From: Actinomycetes bacterium
GTDB lineage: Bacteria > Actinomycetota > Thermoleophilia > BMS3ABIN01
Direction of reading: 5' to 3'
Assembly: GCA_021790115.1 (NCBI GenBank)
Contig: JAJYIM010000002.1
Coordinates: 14,804-78,803 of the forward strand
Length of the DNA stretch: 64,000 nucleotides
Shown here piece after piece: positions 1 through 9,719 of this stretch (position 1 is the stretch's first letter; every line of letters starts with the position of its first letter). Position numbers and translations under genes: made by a program. The notes beneath the pieces are model-generated. The model saw only the letters and a program-made list of their open reading frames with translations. It was not told the DNA's origin and made no database searches.

Positions 1-675
1 AAGGCGGTTGTGGCGACTCGTGATTACACGGACGCCAAGTACCTGGTGATGGCAACCAGGAACGGCATGATCAAGAAGACGGCTTTTCAGGAATACAACA
101 CGGTGCTTAAATCCGACGGCATCATCGCCATCAACATCCGGGCGGGCGACGAGCTGATCGCCGTCAGGCACTCGGCCGGCAGTGAAGACATCCTGCTGGT
201 AAGCGAAGGCGGCCAGGCCATCCGTTTTAATGAGTCTGAGACCAGGTCGACGGGGCGTGCCACCAGCGGCGTCAAGGGAATGAAGTTGCGAGGCGGGGAC
301 CGGGTGCTTTCCATGAACGTGGCCCGCGATGACGCCGACCTGTTTGTTGTTACCGACGGCGGGTACGGCAAGCGCACGCATATCAGCGAGTACCCGCGCC
401 ACAAGCGCGGCGGCATCGGCGTCAAGACGATAAAGCAGACCGAGTCAAAGGGCGGGCTCGTCGCCGCCCGCGTCGTGCGCGATAACCACGAGCTGGTGCT
501 CATCTCCGAGCAGGGCGTCGTTATCCGCATCCCCGCCCAGGATGTCTCCGTCATGGGGCGGGCCACCCAGGGCGTGCGGGTAATGAACCTGCGCCGGGGC
601 GACCGGTTAAGCGCCGTGGCCCGGGTGGTCTCCAGCAAGTCGGGCGCCCGGGAGGAAGAGATCGAGGCGGAGTAA
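1..675 (+). CDS. gyrA: DNA gyrase subunit A, C-terminal beta-pinwheel domain (5' end lies outside the window)
   Basis: Translation shows GyrA C-terminal repeat motifs (MATRNGMIKK..., VKGMKLRGGDRV, GVRVMNLRRGDRL) and an acidic tail. The ORF continues to the window edge. Confidence 0.85.
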   Translation, partial: KAVVATRDYTDAKYLVMATRNGMIKKTAFQEYNTVLKSDGIIAINIRAGDELIAVRHSAGSEDILLVSEGGQAIRFNESETRSTGRATSGVKGMKLRGGDRVLSMNVARDDADLFVVTDGGYGKRTHISEYPRHKRGGIGVKTIKQTESKGGLVAARVVRDNHELVLISEQGVVIRIPAQDVSVMGRATQGVRVMNLRRGDRLSAVARVVSSKSGAREEEIEAE

Positions 676-847
676 GCCGCCCGGCCCCAATGCGAACAAT
701 CGTTTGAGATAGATTTTGCTCCCAAAGCTGCCGCACCGCTGCTTTAGTTTTTCTCCGATCAAACGCTAATGAAAACGCCTTCAATGCCGAAAAAGTTGGC
801 AACGCACGGGCAGTTTTTGTCAATTGTGGCAACCGGGAAGGTGAGCA

Positions 848-1507
848 ATGAGAGCCAGGCAGTTGGGATTTCTTGCAGCTTCGTCTTTGTTGATGGCCGT
901 TTTCCTGCTTGCAGGCAGCTTTGGCCACAACGCCAGCGCCGACGCCTACAGTGTCGGCACCAACGCCTACACTATCGGCAAGGTTAGTGTGAATCCGAGC
1001 ATCGCCATTCCCGGCACTTCCGTGTCACTGACCGGCACGGGCGAGCTTATCAACGCCCAGCTGCAGGTGTCGATGGGCGGTAAATATTCCGATGGCCAGA
1101 CCTACGTGGCGATTCTGGGCACGGCTCCGACCGACAACCTGGGCAACTGGTCGTTTAGCTTCACAGTTCCCAGCAATGTCAAGCGCCTCAGTGATAACGC
1201 CACTATTCCCATCTTCACTGCAGGCTGGCCCGTGGGCGGCACTGCTATCGGCACCGATGGGGGCTTTTATAGTTCTTACAATTACCTGGACGTAAATGCG
1301 AATTCTCAACAGACAAGCACGGCGCCTGCGCCAACAAGCACAAACACCACGCCGACTTCATTTGTCAGCGCCGGCTCTTCAAATACCGGCAGCGGCGCCA
1401 GCCTTCCCAATACGGGCGCAAGGGTGATGGCCCTTGCTCTGGCCGGGATCAGCCTGATCAGCTTTGGCGCCCTGGCCCGGCAGCTGAAGCGTGAGAGATC
1501 GCAGTAA
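848..1507 (+). CDS. LPXTG-anchored cell-wall surface protein (sortase substrate)
   Basis: N-terminal signal peptide (MRARQLGFLAASSLLMAVFLLAGSFG), Thr/Ser-rich linker, then LPNTG, a hydrophobic span and an RQLKRERSQ tail. Confidence 0.7.
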   Translation: MRARQLGFLAASSLLMAVFLLAGSFGHNASADAYSVGTNAYTIGKVSVNPSIAIPGTSVSLTGTGELINAQLQVSMGGKYSDGQTYVAILGTAPTDNLGNWSFSFTVPSNVKRLSDNATIPIFTAGWPVGGTAIGTDGGFYSSYNYLDVNANSQQTSTAPAPTSTNTTPTSFVSAGSSNTGSGASLPNTGARVMALALAGISLISFGALARQLKRERSQ

Positions 1508-1635
1508 GATCACCGGCCGGCTTCCCGCGGCAATCCTCCATTTATGATAATCTGGTGTGCGGTCCTGCCCGGCCGCTGTTAAATCAACCCAATTTTGCTA
1601 CTGTTTTGGATGCAAGGCAGTGCGCCACTTTTTAA

Positions 1636-2076
1636 ATGATGGGACTAACTCGCGAACAAATCAAGGAGATCATCCCGCACCGCGATCCGTTCCTCTTTCT
1701 GGACGAGGTCACGGAGCTGACGCCCGGCGAGCACGTGCTGGCTCTGAAACACCTGCGCGGAGACGAGCCGTTCTTCGAGGGTCACTTTCCCGGCCGGCCG
1801 ATTATGCCCGGCGTCTTGCAGGTGGAGGCGCTGGCGCAGGCAGGCGCGGTTGCGGCCCTGTCGCTCCCTGAAAACCGCGGCAGGCTGGTGCTGTTTGCCG
1901 GCATTGACGGCGTGCGCTTCAAACGGCCGGTGGTGCCGGGCGACACCCTGCAGCTGGAAGTAACAATGACCAGGATGCGCGGCGCTATCGGCAAAGCGGA
2001 AGCCAAAGCCTCCGTAGGCGGCGAGCTTGCCTGCCGCGCCGGCCTGACCTTCGCCATCGCTGAGCGGGGAGCCTGA
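1636..2076 (+). CDS. fabZ: 3-hydroxyacyl-ACP dehydratase FabZ
   Basis: HRDPFLFLDEV...GHFPGRPIMPGVLQVEALAQ hot-dog fold signature. Confidence 0.9.
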   Translation: MMGLTREQIKEIIPHRDPFLFLDEVTELTPGEHVLALKHLRGDEPFFEGHFPGRPIMPGVLQVEALAQAGAVAALSLPENRGRLVLFAGIDGVRFKRPVVPGDTLQLEVTMTRMRGAIGKAEAKASVGGELACRAGLTFAIAERGA

Positions 2077-2078
2077 GC

Positions 2079-3071
2079 TTGGCCGGCCGCCGCGCCAAAA
2101 TACACGCGGTCGGCACATATGTGCCGGAGCGGATAGTTACAAACGATGACCTTTCACTAAACCTGGACACGTCGGACGAGTGGATCTCCACGCGCACCGG
2201 CATCCGCGAGCGGCGCATCGCCTCCGATGCGGAGGCCGCCTCCGACCTGGGTGCCGGGGCGGCCCGGCGCGCGCTTAAGGCAGCAGCCGTGTCCCCGGAC
2301 CAGCTGGACCTGATCATCACTGCCAGCCTCTCGCCCGACATGTTGTTTCCGGCGACGGCTTCGCTCATCTCCGGCCTGATCGGAGCCGGCGCCGCCGCGG
2401 CTTTTGACCTGTCGGCGGCCTGCACCGGCTTCATTTACGCTCTGGCCGTAGGCGAGTCTTTCATAGTCTCCGGCCGCGCCGAAAAAGTGCTTGTGATAGG
2501 TGCAGATGCGGTGTCCAAAATGATAGACTGGAGCGACCGCGGCACCGCGGTGCTTTTTGGCGATGCCGCCGGCGCGGTGCTGCTGGGTCCGGCCGCTGAG
2601 GGGGAGGAGGGCATTATTGGCTTCGATCTCGGGAACGACCCCGCTGGCGCCGGCGAGCTGAGTTTGCCTGCGGGAGGCTCACGGCTGCCTGCCAGCGAAG
2701 AAACGGTGGCAGGCGGGCAGCATTTCCTGCGCATGAACGGCCCGGAAGTATTCCGGTTCGCCACCAGGATAGTTGCCGCGTCTTCGCGCCGGGTGGTGGA
2801 GCAGCACGGACTGCGGATGGAGGACATCGACATTTTCATTCCTCACCAGGCCAACATCCGCATCATTGATGCGGCCGCCCGCAAGCTGCGCATTGCGCCG
2901 GAAAAAGTTTTTTCCAACATTGAGCGCTACGGCAACACTTCCTGCGCCTCCATTCCCCTTTGCCTGGACGAGGCGGAGCGCCAGGGCCGGCTGAAAAGGG
3001 GAGACTTGGTGCTAATGACAGGCTTTGGCGCCGGGCTCTCGTGGGGCTCGTGCATAGTCAGATGGCAGTAA
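2079..3071 (+). CDS. fabH: 3-oxoacyl-ACP synthase III FabH
   Basis: KAS III motifs: AACTGF active-site Cys, HQANIRII, GNTSCASIP. About 330 aa. Confidence 0.85.
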   Translation: MAGRRAKIHAVGTYVPERIVTNDDLSLNLDTSDEWISTRTGIRERRIASDAEAASDLGAGAARRALKAAAVSPDQLDLIITASLSPDMLFPATASLISGLIGAGAAAAFDLSAACTGFIYALAVGESFIVSGRAEKVLVIGADAVSKMIDWSDRGTAVLFGDAAGAVLLGPAAEGEEGIIGFDLGNDPAGAGELSLPAGGSRLPASEETVAGGQHFLRMNGPEVFRFATRIVAASSRRVVEQHGLRMEDIDIFIPHQANIRIIDAAARKLRIAPEKVFSNIERYGNTSCASIPLCLDEAERQGRLKRGDLVLMTGFGAGLSWGSCIVRWQ

Positions 3072-3177
3072 AGCGGACGCTGGACGCTGGACTCTGGATA
3101 AAAGCAAAACCCAAAAAACAAAATTAACTTGACAAATGGGAAATAATCGTTAAAATGTTTTTTGAGCTTTGAGCTTT
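3072..3177 (+). promoter_or_regulatory. Intergenic repeat/promoter cassette: (GGACGCT)2-GGACTCT-GGAT heptamer array, AAAACCCAAAAAACAAAA tract, TTGACA(3129-3134)-N16-TAAAAT(3151-3156), then a (GAGCTTT)2 repeat
   Basis: Read directly from the sequence. Same architecture as seven other copies in the window. Confidence 0.55.
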
Positions 3178-4140
3178 ATGCCCAACAGAATCTGTGACAT
3201 ATTTGATATCGACCATCCCATCCTCCAGGGAGGGATGACCTGGGTCAGCGACGCCTGCCTGGCCGCGGCGGTTTCCAACGGAGGCGGCCTCGGCATTATC
3301 GGCGCCGGCGCCATGCCGGCCCGGTTGCTTGGCGAAGAGATCAGGAAGGCGCGCCAGTTAACAGAGCGCCCTTTTGGGGTTAACCTGATCATGATTAACC
3401 CGGAGTTTGAGCAGCAGCTGGAGGTGGTCCTGGCCGAGGCGCCGCCGGCGGTGACGCTGGGCGCAGTGAAAAACACGTCCGTGATCCCCCTGATGAAGGA
3501 GAAGGGGATCAAGGTGGCGCCCGTGGTGGCCGCCGTGGCGATTGCCCGCCGCTGCGAGGAGCAGGGGGCGGACGCCATCATTGCCGAGGGCTCGGAGTCC
3601 GGCGGGCACATTGGCGACACGACCACCATGGTGCTCGTGCCGCTGGTTTCCAGGGCAGTCGGCGTGCCGGTGATCGCCGCCGGCGGCATCGCCGGCGGCG
3701 CGGGAGTGGTGGCCGCCTTTGCGCTGGGGGCTGAGGGAGTTCAGCTTGGCACCCGCTTTGTCTGCGCAGAAGAATGCCCGGTGCACGAGGCTGTGAAGCA
3801 AAAATTCATGAAATCAGGCGACAGGGCAACGGTAGTGACTGCCCGCTGCGTCGGATATCCGGTGCGAACAATAAAAAACAAGCTATCCGGCTTGTATGAT
3901 CAGTGGGAAAGGAAGTACATGGCCGGCGAGTGCACTGCCATGGAAATTGAGAACCTGGGCCTGGGCAAGCTGCGCGAGGCCATGCGGGAAGGGAACGTCA
4001 GGGACGGCTCGATGATGGCCGGGCAGAGCGTCGCCCTGGTGGACAGGGTGCAGCCGGCGGCAGAGATCATTGCCGAGATCGTGGCCGAGGCGGAAGCCGC
4101 CGCAGCCCGCCTGGGCTCGCAAATGGCGCTCAGCCGGTGA
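3178..4140 (+). CDS. fabK: Enoyl-ACP reductase II FabK (FMN-dependent, nitronate monooxygenase family)
   Basis: DHPILQGGMTWVSDACLAAAVSNGGGLGIIGAG matches the FabK N-terminus. ATG at 3178; the ORF-track start at 3169 is a TTG. Confidence 0.85.
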   Translation: MPNRICDIFDIDHPILQGGMTWVSDACLAAAVSNGGGLGIIGAGAMPARLLGEEIRKARQLTERPFGVNLIMINPEFEQQLEVVLAEAPPAVTLGAVKNTSVIPLMKEKGIKVAPVVAAVAIARRCEEQGADAIIAEGSESGGHIGDTTTMVLVPLVSRAVGVPVIAAGGIAGGAGVVAAFALGAEGVQLGTRFVCAEECPVHEAVKQKFMKSGDRATVVTARCVGYPVRTIKNKLSGLYDQWERKYMAGECTAMEIENLGLGKLREAMREGNVRDGSMMAGQSVALVDRVQPAAEIIAEIVAEAEAAAARLGSQMALSR

Positions 4141-4146
4141 GGTGCA

Positions 4147-5061
4147 GTGGGTAAGCTGGCGCTGGTCTTTCCCGGCCAGGGTTCTCAGAAGCCGGGCATG
4201 GGGGCCGATCTGGCCGTTGAGTTTGAGGCTGCCGCAGATATCTACCGCAGGGCCGGCGAGACAGTCGGCTGGCATGTGGCCGATGTTTCTTTTAATGGAC
4301 CCGAGGCAAAGCTGAACCAGACCGGCTTTGCCCAGGTGGCGCTCTATGTCAACAGCATGGCGGTGATGGGGGTTTTAAAACAGCGGGGCGTTATGGGGGA
4401 TGTCGTCAGCGGGCACAGCCTGGGCGAGTACAGCGCCCTGGCGGCGGCAGGAACCATCAGCTTTGAGGAAGGGCTTGAACTTGTTGAGGCGCGGGGAATG
4501 GCAATGGCCGACGCCGCCCGGGAGCGGCCCGGACTGATGGCTGCCATCCTTGGTCTTGATGATGTGGCCGTCGAGGCCATTTGCGCTGAAGCGGGCGATG
4601 TTTGGCCGGTAAATTACAACTGCCCCGGGCAGGTAGTGGTTAGCGGCCTGGCGCAGTCGGTGCGAAGGGCAATGTCGAAGGCCCTGGATGCCGGCGCCCG
4701 CAAAACCGTGGAGTTGCCGGTAAGCGGCGCTTTCCATAGCCCCTATATGCGCAACGCGGCCGGCGAGATGAAGGAGCGCCTGGCGGGAGCTCTGTTTAAG
4801 GATCCGCAACCGCCTTTTTTTTCTTCAATTAGCTGCCGTTACGAGACGGCCGCCGGTCTTGCCGGGCTGCTCGTAAGCCAGATTGTCTCCCCGGTTCGCT
4901 GGCGCCAGGCTGTAGAGGCGATGATCGCGGACGGCGTGGACAGGTTTCTGGAGGTTGGAAACGGGAAAGTCTTAACTGGCCTCATCAGGAGGATCAACCG
5001 CGATGTCGCCGCCGCCAGCGTTTCCGATCCAGCCGGCCTTGAAAACGCAAACAGGATTTAA
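4147..5061 (+). CDS. fabD: Malonyl-CoA:ACP transacylase FabD
   Basis: ALVFPGQGSQ and GHSLGEYSALAAAG motifs. Confidence 0.9.
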   Translation: MGKLALVFPGQGSQKPGMGADLAVEFEAAADIYRRAGETVGWHVADVSFNGPEAKLNQTGFAQVALYVNSMAVMGVLKQRGVMGDVVSGHSLGEYSALAAAGTISFEEGLELVEARGMAMADAARERPGLMAAILGLDDVAVEAICAEAGDVWPVNYNCPGQVVVSGLAQSVRRAMSKALDAGARKTVELPVSGAFHSPYMRNAAGEMKERLAGALFKDPQPPFFSSISCRYETAAGLAGLLVSQIVSPVRWRQAVEAMIADGVDRFLEVGNGKVLTGLIRRINRDVAAASVSDPAGLENANRI

Positions 5062-5064
5062 TCG

Positions 5065-5823
5065 ATGGAGATTGGACAAAACGGACTCTCCGGCGAGGTT
5101 GCGCTCGTAACGGGCGCTTCGCGCGGCATCGGCGCCGCCGCCGCTGAGGCGCTGGCCCGGGCGGGGGCCGACGTGGCGCTGAACTACAAGCAAAGCCGCC
5201 AGGCGGCGGAGGCTCTCGCGGAGCGGCTTGCTGTTAGCGGCGTCAAACTGCTGCCGGTTGCGGCAGACGTCGGCGACGCCGGCCAGGTCGGCGCCATGAT
5301 GGAAAAAATTGAAGCCGGGATGGGACGGGTCTCCATCCTGATCAACAACGCTGGCATCACCCGCGACTCGCTGCTGATGCGCATGAGCGGGGAGGACTTT
5401 GACACCGTTATTGCCGCCAGCCTCAGGGGCGCTTTCCTTTGCAGCAAGGCTGTTGCCCGGGGGATGATGAGGGCACGCCGCGGTGTTATCATCAACGTCT
5501 CCAGCGTCATTGGCCGCCGCGGCAACGCCGGCCAGGCGAACTACGCCGCCGCCAAAGCGGGCCTGATCGGGCTGACCAAGTCGCTGGCGCGGGAGCTGGG
5601 GCCGCGGGGCGTGCGCGTCAACGCCGTCGCCCCGGGCTACGTTGAAACAGACATGACCGCAAAGCTGCCTGATAGTATGAAAGAACAAATTGTCAAAAAC
5701 ACACCGCTGGGCCGGCTGGCCGCCCCGCAAGACATTGCCGGGGTGATTGCCTTTCTGGCCTCGCCGGCCGCCGCTTATATCACCGGCGCTGTCATCCCCG
5801 TTGATGGGGGCCTGGGAATATAA
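5065..5823 (+). CDS. fabG: 3-oxoacyl-ACP reductase FabG (SDR)
   Basis: TGASRGIG Rossmann motif, NNAG, and YAAAKAG catalytic motif. Confidence 0.9.
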   Translation: MEIGQNGLSGEVALVTGASRGIGAAAAEALARAGADVALNYKQSRQAAEALAERLAVSGVKLLPVAADVGDAGQVGAMMEKIEAGMGRVSILINNAGITRDSLLMRMSGEDFDTVIAASLRGAFLCSKAVARGMMRARRGVIINVSSVIGRRGNAGQANYAAAKAGLIGLTKSLARELGPRGVRVNAVAPGYVETDMTAKLPDSMKEQIVKNTPLGRLAAPQDIAGVIAFLASPAAAYITGAVIPVDGGLGI

Positions 5824-5826
5824 AAA

Positions 5827-5977
5827 CCTGATGGTGGATGGCAGATGGTGGAAGATCGTTGGCAAAACACAAGGATTAAAACGGTCAAAATTTTAATCGA
5901 ACAATTCAATAGCGGCTTAACGAAAGGAAGAGCTTTTAGTGGTTAATCCACCATCCACCATCCACCATCCACCATCT
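5827..5977 (+). repeat. Inverted heptamer-array element: left arm GATGGTGGATGGCAGATGGTGG (5829-5860), right arm (CACCATC)x4 (5946-5977). It occupies the position where acpP normally sits between fabG and fabF.
   Basis: The arms are reverse complements of each other. The right arm overlaps the 5' end of the fabF ORF. Confidence 0.6.
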
Positions 5978-7210
5978 GCTTTTAGGCGCGTGGTTGTCAC
6001 CGGCATGGGCATCATCTCTCCCCTGGGAAACGGGGTGGAAGAATACTGGGACGCCCTTGCCACCGGCCGGTCCGGAGTGGGGCCGATCACCCAGTTCGAC
6101 GCCTCCCGCTTCAAGGTGCGCATCGCCGCCGAGGTGAAGGGGTTTGAGCCAACCGGTTACGTGGACCGCAAAAACGCCCGCCGCATGGATCGCTTCTCGC
6201 AGCTGTCTGTGGCGGCCGCGCGGACGGCGGCCGAGCATGCGGGCCTGGACGTGGCCGCCGACGCTGAGAATGTGGGCGTGCTGGTGGCCAGCGGCATTGG
6301 CGGCGTCAAGACCTTTGAGAAAGAGACGGCCGTGCTGCTGGAGAAGGGGCCGGACCGGATCAGTCCATTTTTCATTCCGATGGAGATAGCCAATATGGCT
6401 TCCGCCCAGGTGTCGATGCACCTGGGAGCCAGGGGGCCGGTAAGCACGGTATGCACTGCCTGCTCTGCTGCGGCCAATGCCATCGGCGACGCTTTTGAAA
6501 TCATCAGGCGGGGCGCCGCCGACGTGATGCTGGCCGGAGGCAGCGAAGCGGCGGTGACGCCGGTCGGCATTGCTGCTTTCGCGCAGATGGGCGCACTGTC
6601 GGCCCGCAACGACGAGCCCGAGAAAGCCAGCCGCCCCTTTGACCTTGAGCGCGACGGCTTCGTGATGGGAGAAGGCTCGGCCATCCTGGTGCTGGAGGAG
6701 AGGGAGCGCGCTCTTGACCGCGGCGCCCGCATCTGGGCCGAGGTGGCCGGTTACGGCATGACCGGCGACGCCTATCATATGAGCCTGCCGGAGCCCAGCG
6801 GCGAAAACCAGGCCCGGGCGATGCTGGCGGCGCTCGCCGAAGCAGGGCTTGAGCCTGCCGATATCGACTACATCAACGCCCACGGGACGTCAACCCCTCC
6901 GGGTGACGCTATCGAGACCAGGAGCATCAAGATTGCTCTTGGCGGCCATGCCCAAAAAGTGGCGATCAGCTCCACCAAGTCAATGATGGGTCACTGCCTG
7001 GGCGCCTCGGGAGCCCTCGAGGCGGCGGCCTGCATCCTGGCAATCGACCGGGGCGCTATTCCGCCGACGATAAATCTGGAAAACCCGGATCCGGAGTGCG
7101 ACCTGGACTATGTCGCCAATGCCGCCCGCAGGCGGCAGGTTGCCGTGGCGGCTTCCAACTCATTTGGGTTTGGCGGCCATAACGTCACCCTGGTGTTTAA
7201 AGCTCCCTGA
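5939..7210 (+). CDS. fabF: 3-oxoacyl-ACP synthase II FabF
   Basis: KAS II family (VVVTGMGIISPLG, active-site CTACSAAANAIG, HGTSTPPGD, GHCLGASG). GTG 5939 is preceded by AAAGGAAG. The first 16 codons (PPSTIHHPPS) are encoded by the heptamer repeat. An alternative start is GTG 5990. Confidence 0.9.
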   Translation: MVNPPSTIHHPPSAFRRVVVTGMGIISPLGNGVEEYWDALATGRSGVGPITQFDASRFKVRIAAEVKGFEPTGYVDRKNARRMDRFSQLSVAAARTAAEHAGLDVAADAENVGVLVASGIGGVKTFEKETAVLLEKGPDRISPFFIPMEIANMASAQVSMHLGARGPVSTVCTACSAAANAIGDAFEIIRRGAADVMLAGGSEAAVTPVGIAAFAQMGALSARNDEPEKASRPFDLERDGFVMGEGSAILVLEERERALDRGARIWAEVAGYGMTGDAYHMSLPEPSGENQARAMLAALAEAGLEPADIDYINAHGTSTPPGDAIETRSIKIALGGHAQKVAISSTKSMMGHCLGASGALEAAACILAIDRGAIPPTINLENPDPECDLDYVANAARRRQVAVAASNSFGFGGHNVTLVFKAP

Positions 7211-7220
7211 GGCGGTTTAA

Positions 7221-8174
7221 ATGGCGCAACGAGTTTCGGTTAACATCAGCCGCCGCAACGGAGCCTCAGGGGGGGCCGAGAGCTGCCCCCAGTGCAAGCA
7301 GTTGCTCAGCGCTGTTGAGCTTAGGGACAACTACAGTGTCTGCCCCAACTGCGGCAATCACTTCCGCCTCAGCGCCAGGGAGCGGGTGGCCATGCTTGCC
7401 GACAGCGGCACCTGGAACGAGATTGCCGCGGGCCTGCGCTCAGCCGACCCGCTGCAGTTCTTTGACCTCAGGCCTTACAGCGAGCGCCTTGAAGAAGCCG
7501 AGTACGACACCGGCCTGGGCGAGGCGATGATCGTCGGCAGCTGCCGCATTCACAAGATGGACGCGGTGCTGATGGTGATGGATTTCAGCTTTATGGGCGG
7601 CAGCATGGGAAGCGTTGTCGGTGAGAAATTCTGGCGGGCCTGTGAAGCGGCCATCGAAAACCGCTATCCGCTGGTGGCCGTCTGCGCATCCGGGGGCGCC
7701 CGCATGCAGGAGGGAATTCTCTCGTTGCTGCAAATGGCGAAAACAACCTGTGCCGTGGAATTGCTGTCGGAAGTGCCGGTGCCCTTCATCTCAATTTTGA
7801 CCCACCCGACCACAGGCGGCGTGCTGGCCAGCTTCGCCACCCTCGCCGATGTCATCATCGCCGAGCCGGGGGCGCTGCTTTCCTTCTCCGGGCCCCGCGT
7901 GATTGAGCAGACAATCAAGGAAAGCCTGCCGGACAATTTTGGCCTAGCCGAGTCCAATTTAAACCACGGCCAGATTGACATGATCGTGCCGCGCAGTCAA
8001 CTTAAGGACCGGCTCGTGCAGATTCTGGGGATGCTGGAGGGGGGTGTCGCCTGTGCCCTTGAGCCCCTTTGGGAGGAAGAAGCGGGCCGTCCAGGACGAA
8101 GAGGGCCGCTTGCAGGGGCGCTTGGCAGAATTAAAGCGTTTGCCAACGCTCCCTGGCGTTCACTTAAAAGATGA
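7221..8174 (+). CDS. accD: Acetyl-CoA carboxylase carboxyltransferase beta subunit AccD
   Basis: N-terminal zinc ribbon CPQCKQLL...CPNCGNHF and a carboxyltransferase domain. Confidence 0.85.
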   Translation: MAQRVSVNISRRNGASGGAESCPQCKQLLSAVELRDNYSVCPNCGNHFRLSARERVAMLADSGTWNEIAAGLRSADPLQFFDLRPYSERLEEAEYDTGLGEAMIVGSCRIHKMDAVLMVMDFSFMGGSMGSVVGEKFWRACEAAIENRYPLVAVCASGGARMQEGILSLLQMAKTTCAVELLSEVPVPFISILTHPTTGGVLASFATLADVIIAEPGALLSFSGPRVIEQTIKESLPDNFGLAESNLNHGQIDMIVPRSQLKDRLVQILGMLEGGVACALEPLWEEEAGRPGRRGPLAGALGRIKAFANAPWRSLKR

Positions 8175-9042
8175 GATAGCCAAGATTACCCACCGGCTGC
8201 GGGATCTGGGCTTAAGCCGGCAAGTGGACAAGGCCGTGTGGGACAAGGTTGAACTGGCCCGCCATGCCCAGCGGCCGTACACGCTGGATTATATCCATCA
8301 CATGTTTCCCGGGTTCATCGAGCTAAGCGGTGACCGCTGTTTCGCCGATGATGCGGCAATCGTGGCCGGCCTGGCCGCCTACATGGGCCGCACGATCATG
8401 GTTATTGGTCATCAAAAAGGCCGCGATCTTGCCGCCCGGACGCGGCGCAACTTTGGCATGCCGCGCCCGGAGGGCTACCGCAAGGCGCAGCGGCTGATGA
8501 TCCTGGCCGACAAGTTCGGCATTCCGGTTTTTACCATGATTGATACTCCGGGAGCTTTTCCAGGCGTGGCTGCCGAGGAGCGCGGCCAGGCGGGCGCGAT
8601 TTCGGCGGCGCTGCTTTGCATGGCCCGCCTGGACGTGCCTACCGTCGCCGTCATCATCGGCGAAGGCGGCAGCGGCGGCGCCCTGGCGCTGGGCCTGGCC
8701 GACCGGGTGCTGATGCTGGAAAATTCGATTTATTCGGTGATCTCGCCGGAGTCATGCGCCGCCATTCTCTGGAAGGATTCCAGCGAGGCGCATCTGGCTG
8801 CGCAGACACTCAGGCTGACTTCCTCCCAGGTGGCGGACCTGGGGGCTATCGACGCAGTGCTGCCGGAGCCGCGCGGCGGAGCGCACCGCGATCATGCCGG
8901 CGCCGCTCATATTGTCAAGGAAGTGCTTGAGGACAACCTGCGTGAGCTGGAGGCAATCCGCCCGCTGGACAGGAAGCGCGAACGTTTCGCAAAGTTCCGG
9001 CGCATGGGCGTCTGGAAAGAGAACGGGCTGACGTTATTTTAA
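8044..9042 (+). CDS. accA: Acetyl-CoA carboxylase carboxyltransferase alpha subunit AccA (start uncertain; may be the TTG near 8119 after GAAGAGGG)
   Basis: ARHAQRPYTLDYI and GEGGSGGALA motifs. Overlaps the accD 3' end. Confidence 0.85.
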   Translation: MSPVPLSPFGRKKRAVQDEEGRLQGRLAELKRLPTLPGVHLKDEIAKITHRLRDLGLSRQVDKAVWDKVELARHAQRPYTLDYIHHMFPGFIELSGDRCFADDAAIVAGLAAYMGRTIMVIGHQKGRDLAARTRRNFGMPRPEGYRKAQRLMILADKFGIPVFTMIDTPGAFPGVAAEERGQAGAISAALLCMARLDVPTVAVIIGEGGSGGALALGLADRVLMLENSIYSVISPESCAAILWKDSSEAHLAAQTLRLTSSQVADLGAIDAVLPEPRGGAHRDHAGAAHIVKEVLEDNLRELEAIRPLDRKRERFAKFRRMGVWKENGLTLF

Positions 9043-9065
9043 GGGCTGGCTGCTTAGGGCTTATC

Positions 9066-9112
9066 CCAGTAGGCGTATTCTACTGCGGCCGGCTGCAAAG
9101 GCTTTGGCATAG
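9066..9112. repeat. Partial copy of the MITE-like palindromic element (CTGCGGCCGGCTGCAAAGGC ... ATAGATTCT)
   Basis: About 40 nt are near-identical to 48738-48770, plus a terminal AGATTCT. It lies between convergent accA and ORF 9117-9695. Confidence 0.5.
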
Positions 9113-9116
9113 ATTC

Positions 9117-9695
9117 TTAGGCCGCTCGGCCGTCGCCCTCATCTTTCTCACTGAACTGGCGGTAAGCAAAATAGCCGGCGATTTCTCCCGCAACCAGCGT
9201 ATCGCCGAACCTGTTTATCGCCATCACGGCGCTTCGCAGCTCTTCCGCCTGCTTGGCGGAGTTCGGGGACACGTGATTAAAAATCGTTTCCTCAAGAGCT
9301 GTGCGGAAGCTGCTGGCATGGGTGACCAGGTCAGGGAGGCAAAAACCGACCGCCGTGCGGCGATAGGCGTCGTCCTGGGCCGCCTGGCGGGCGCGGTGCA
9401 GGATCTGGGAGTACTGGTACTCTTCGGAGCCCATTAGCTCCACAGCCAGCCCCAGGAAAGAGACGGCAACGGCGCGGCCCATAGGGGTACCCAGCATCTG
9501 CTCAAAGTCTTCGGCAACATGGCCGTGATAGGCCGCGAGCCAGCGTTGCAGTACCTCCTGCTGGTTTTCTCTAAGCGCACTGGCAAAAGTGAGCGAACTC
9601 ATGGGAAACAATCCGAAACTAGTTTGGCTGCATTTGCTCCCTAGAGTGTTTATCGGAGCCAAAAACGGGGTGCTTAATGAAAGGGTGCGGCGCAA
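9117..9695 (-). CDS. Hypothetical protein (no confident family assignment)
   Basis: 192-aa ORF directly downstream of larB on the minus strand. Codon usage matches its neighbours. Confidence 0.4.
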   Translation of the reverse strand: MRRTLSLSTPFLAPINTLGSKCSQTSFGLFPMSSLTFASALRENQQEVLQRWLAAYHGHVAEDFEQMLGTPMGRAVAVSFLGLAVELMGSEEYQYSQILHRARQAAQDDAYRRTAVGFCLPDLVTHASSFRTALEETIFNHVSPNSAKQAEELRSAVMAINRFGDTLVAGEIAGYFAYRQFSEKDEGDGRAA

Positions 9696-9719
9696 ACCCG
9701 CGCGGCATTGGTTAGACTC

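Noticed and set aside
87-725. Long antisense ORFs opposite real genes (for example 87-725 -, 5936-6883 -, 15638-16360 -, 19221-20267 +, 22444-23787 +, 28693-29244 +, 60061-61215 -)
   Set aside because: They overlap strongly supported family-assignable genes on the other strand. Their products are Arg/Pro/Ala-rich and low-complexity, which is typical of shadow ORFs in high-GC DNA.
8044-8174. accD-accA fusion, or a 130-nt overlap taken as real
   Set aside because: The genes are in different frames. A TTG start near 8119 preceded by GAAGAGGG gives a conventional short overlap, so the long overlap is probably an ORF-caller artefact.
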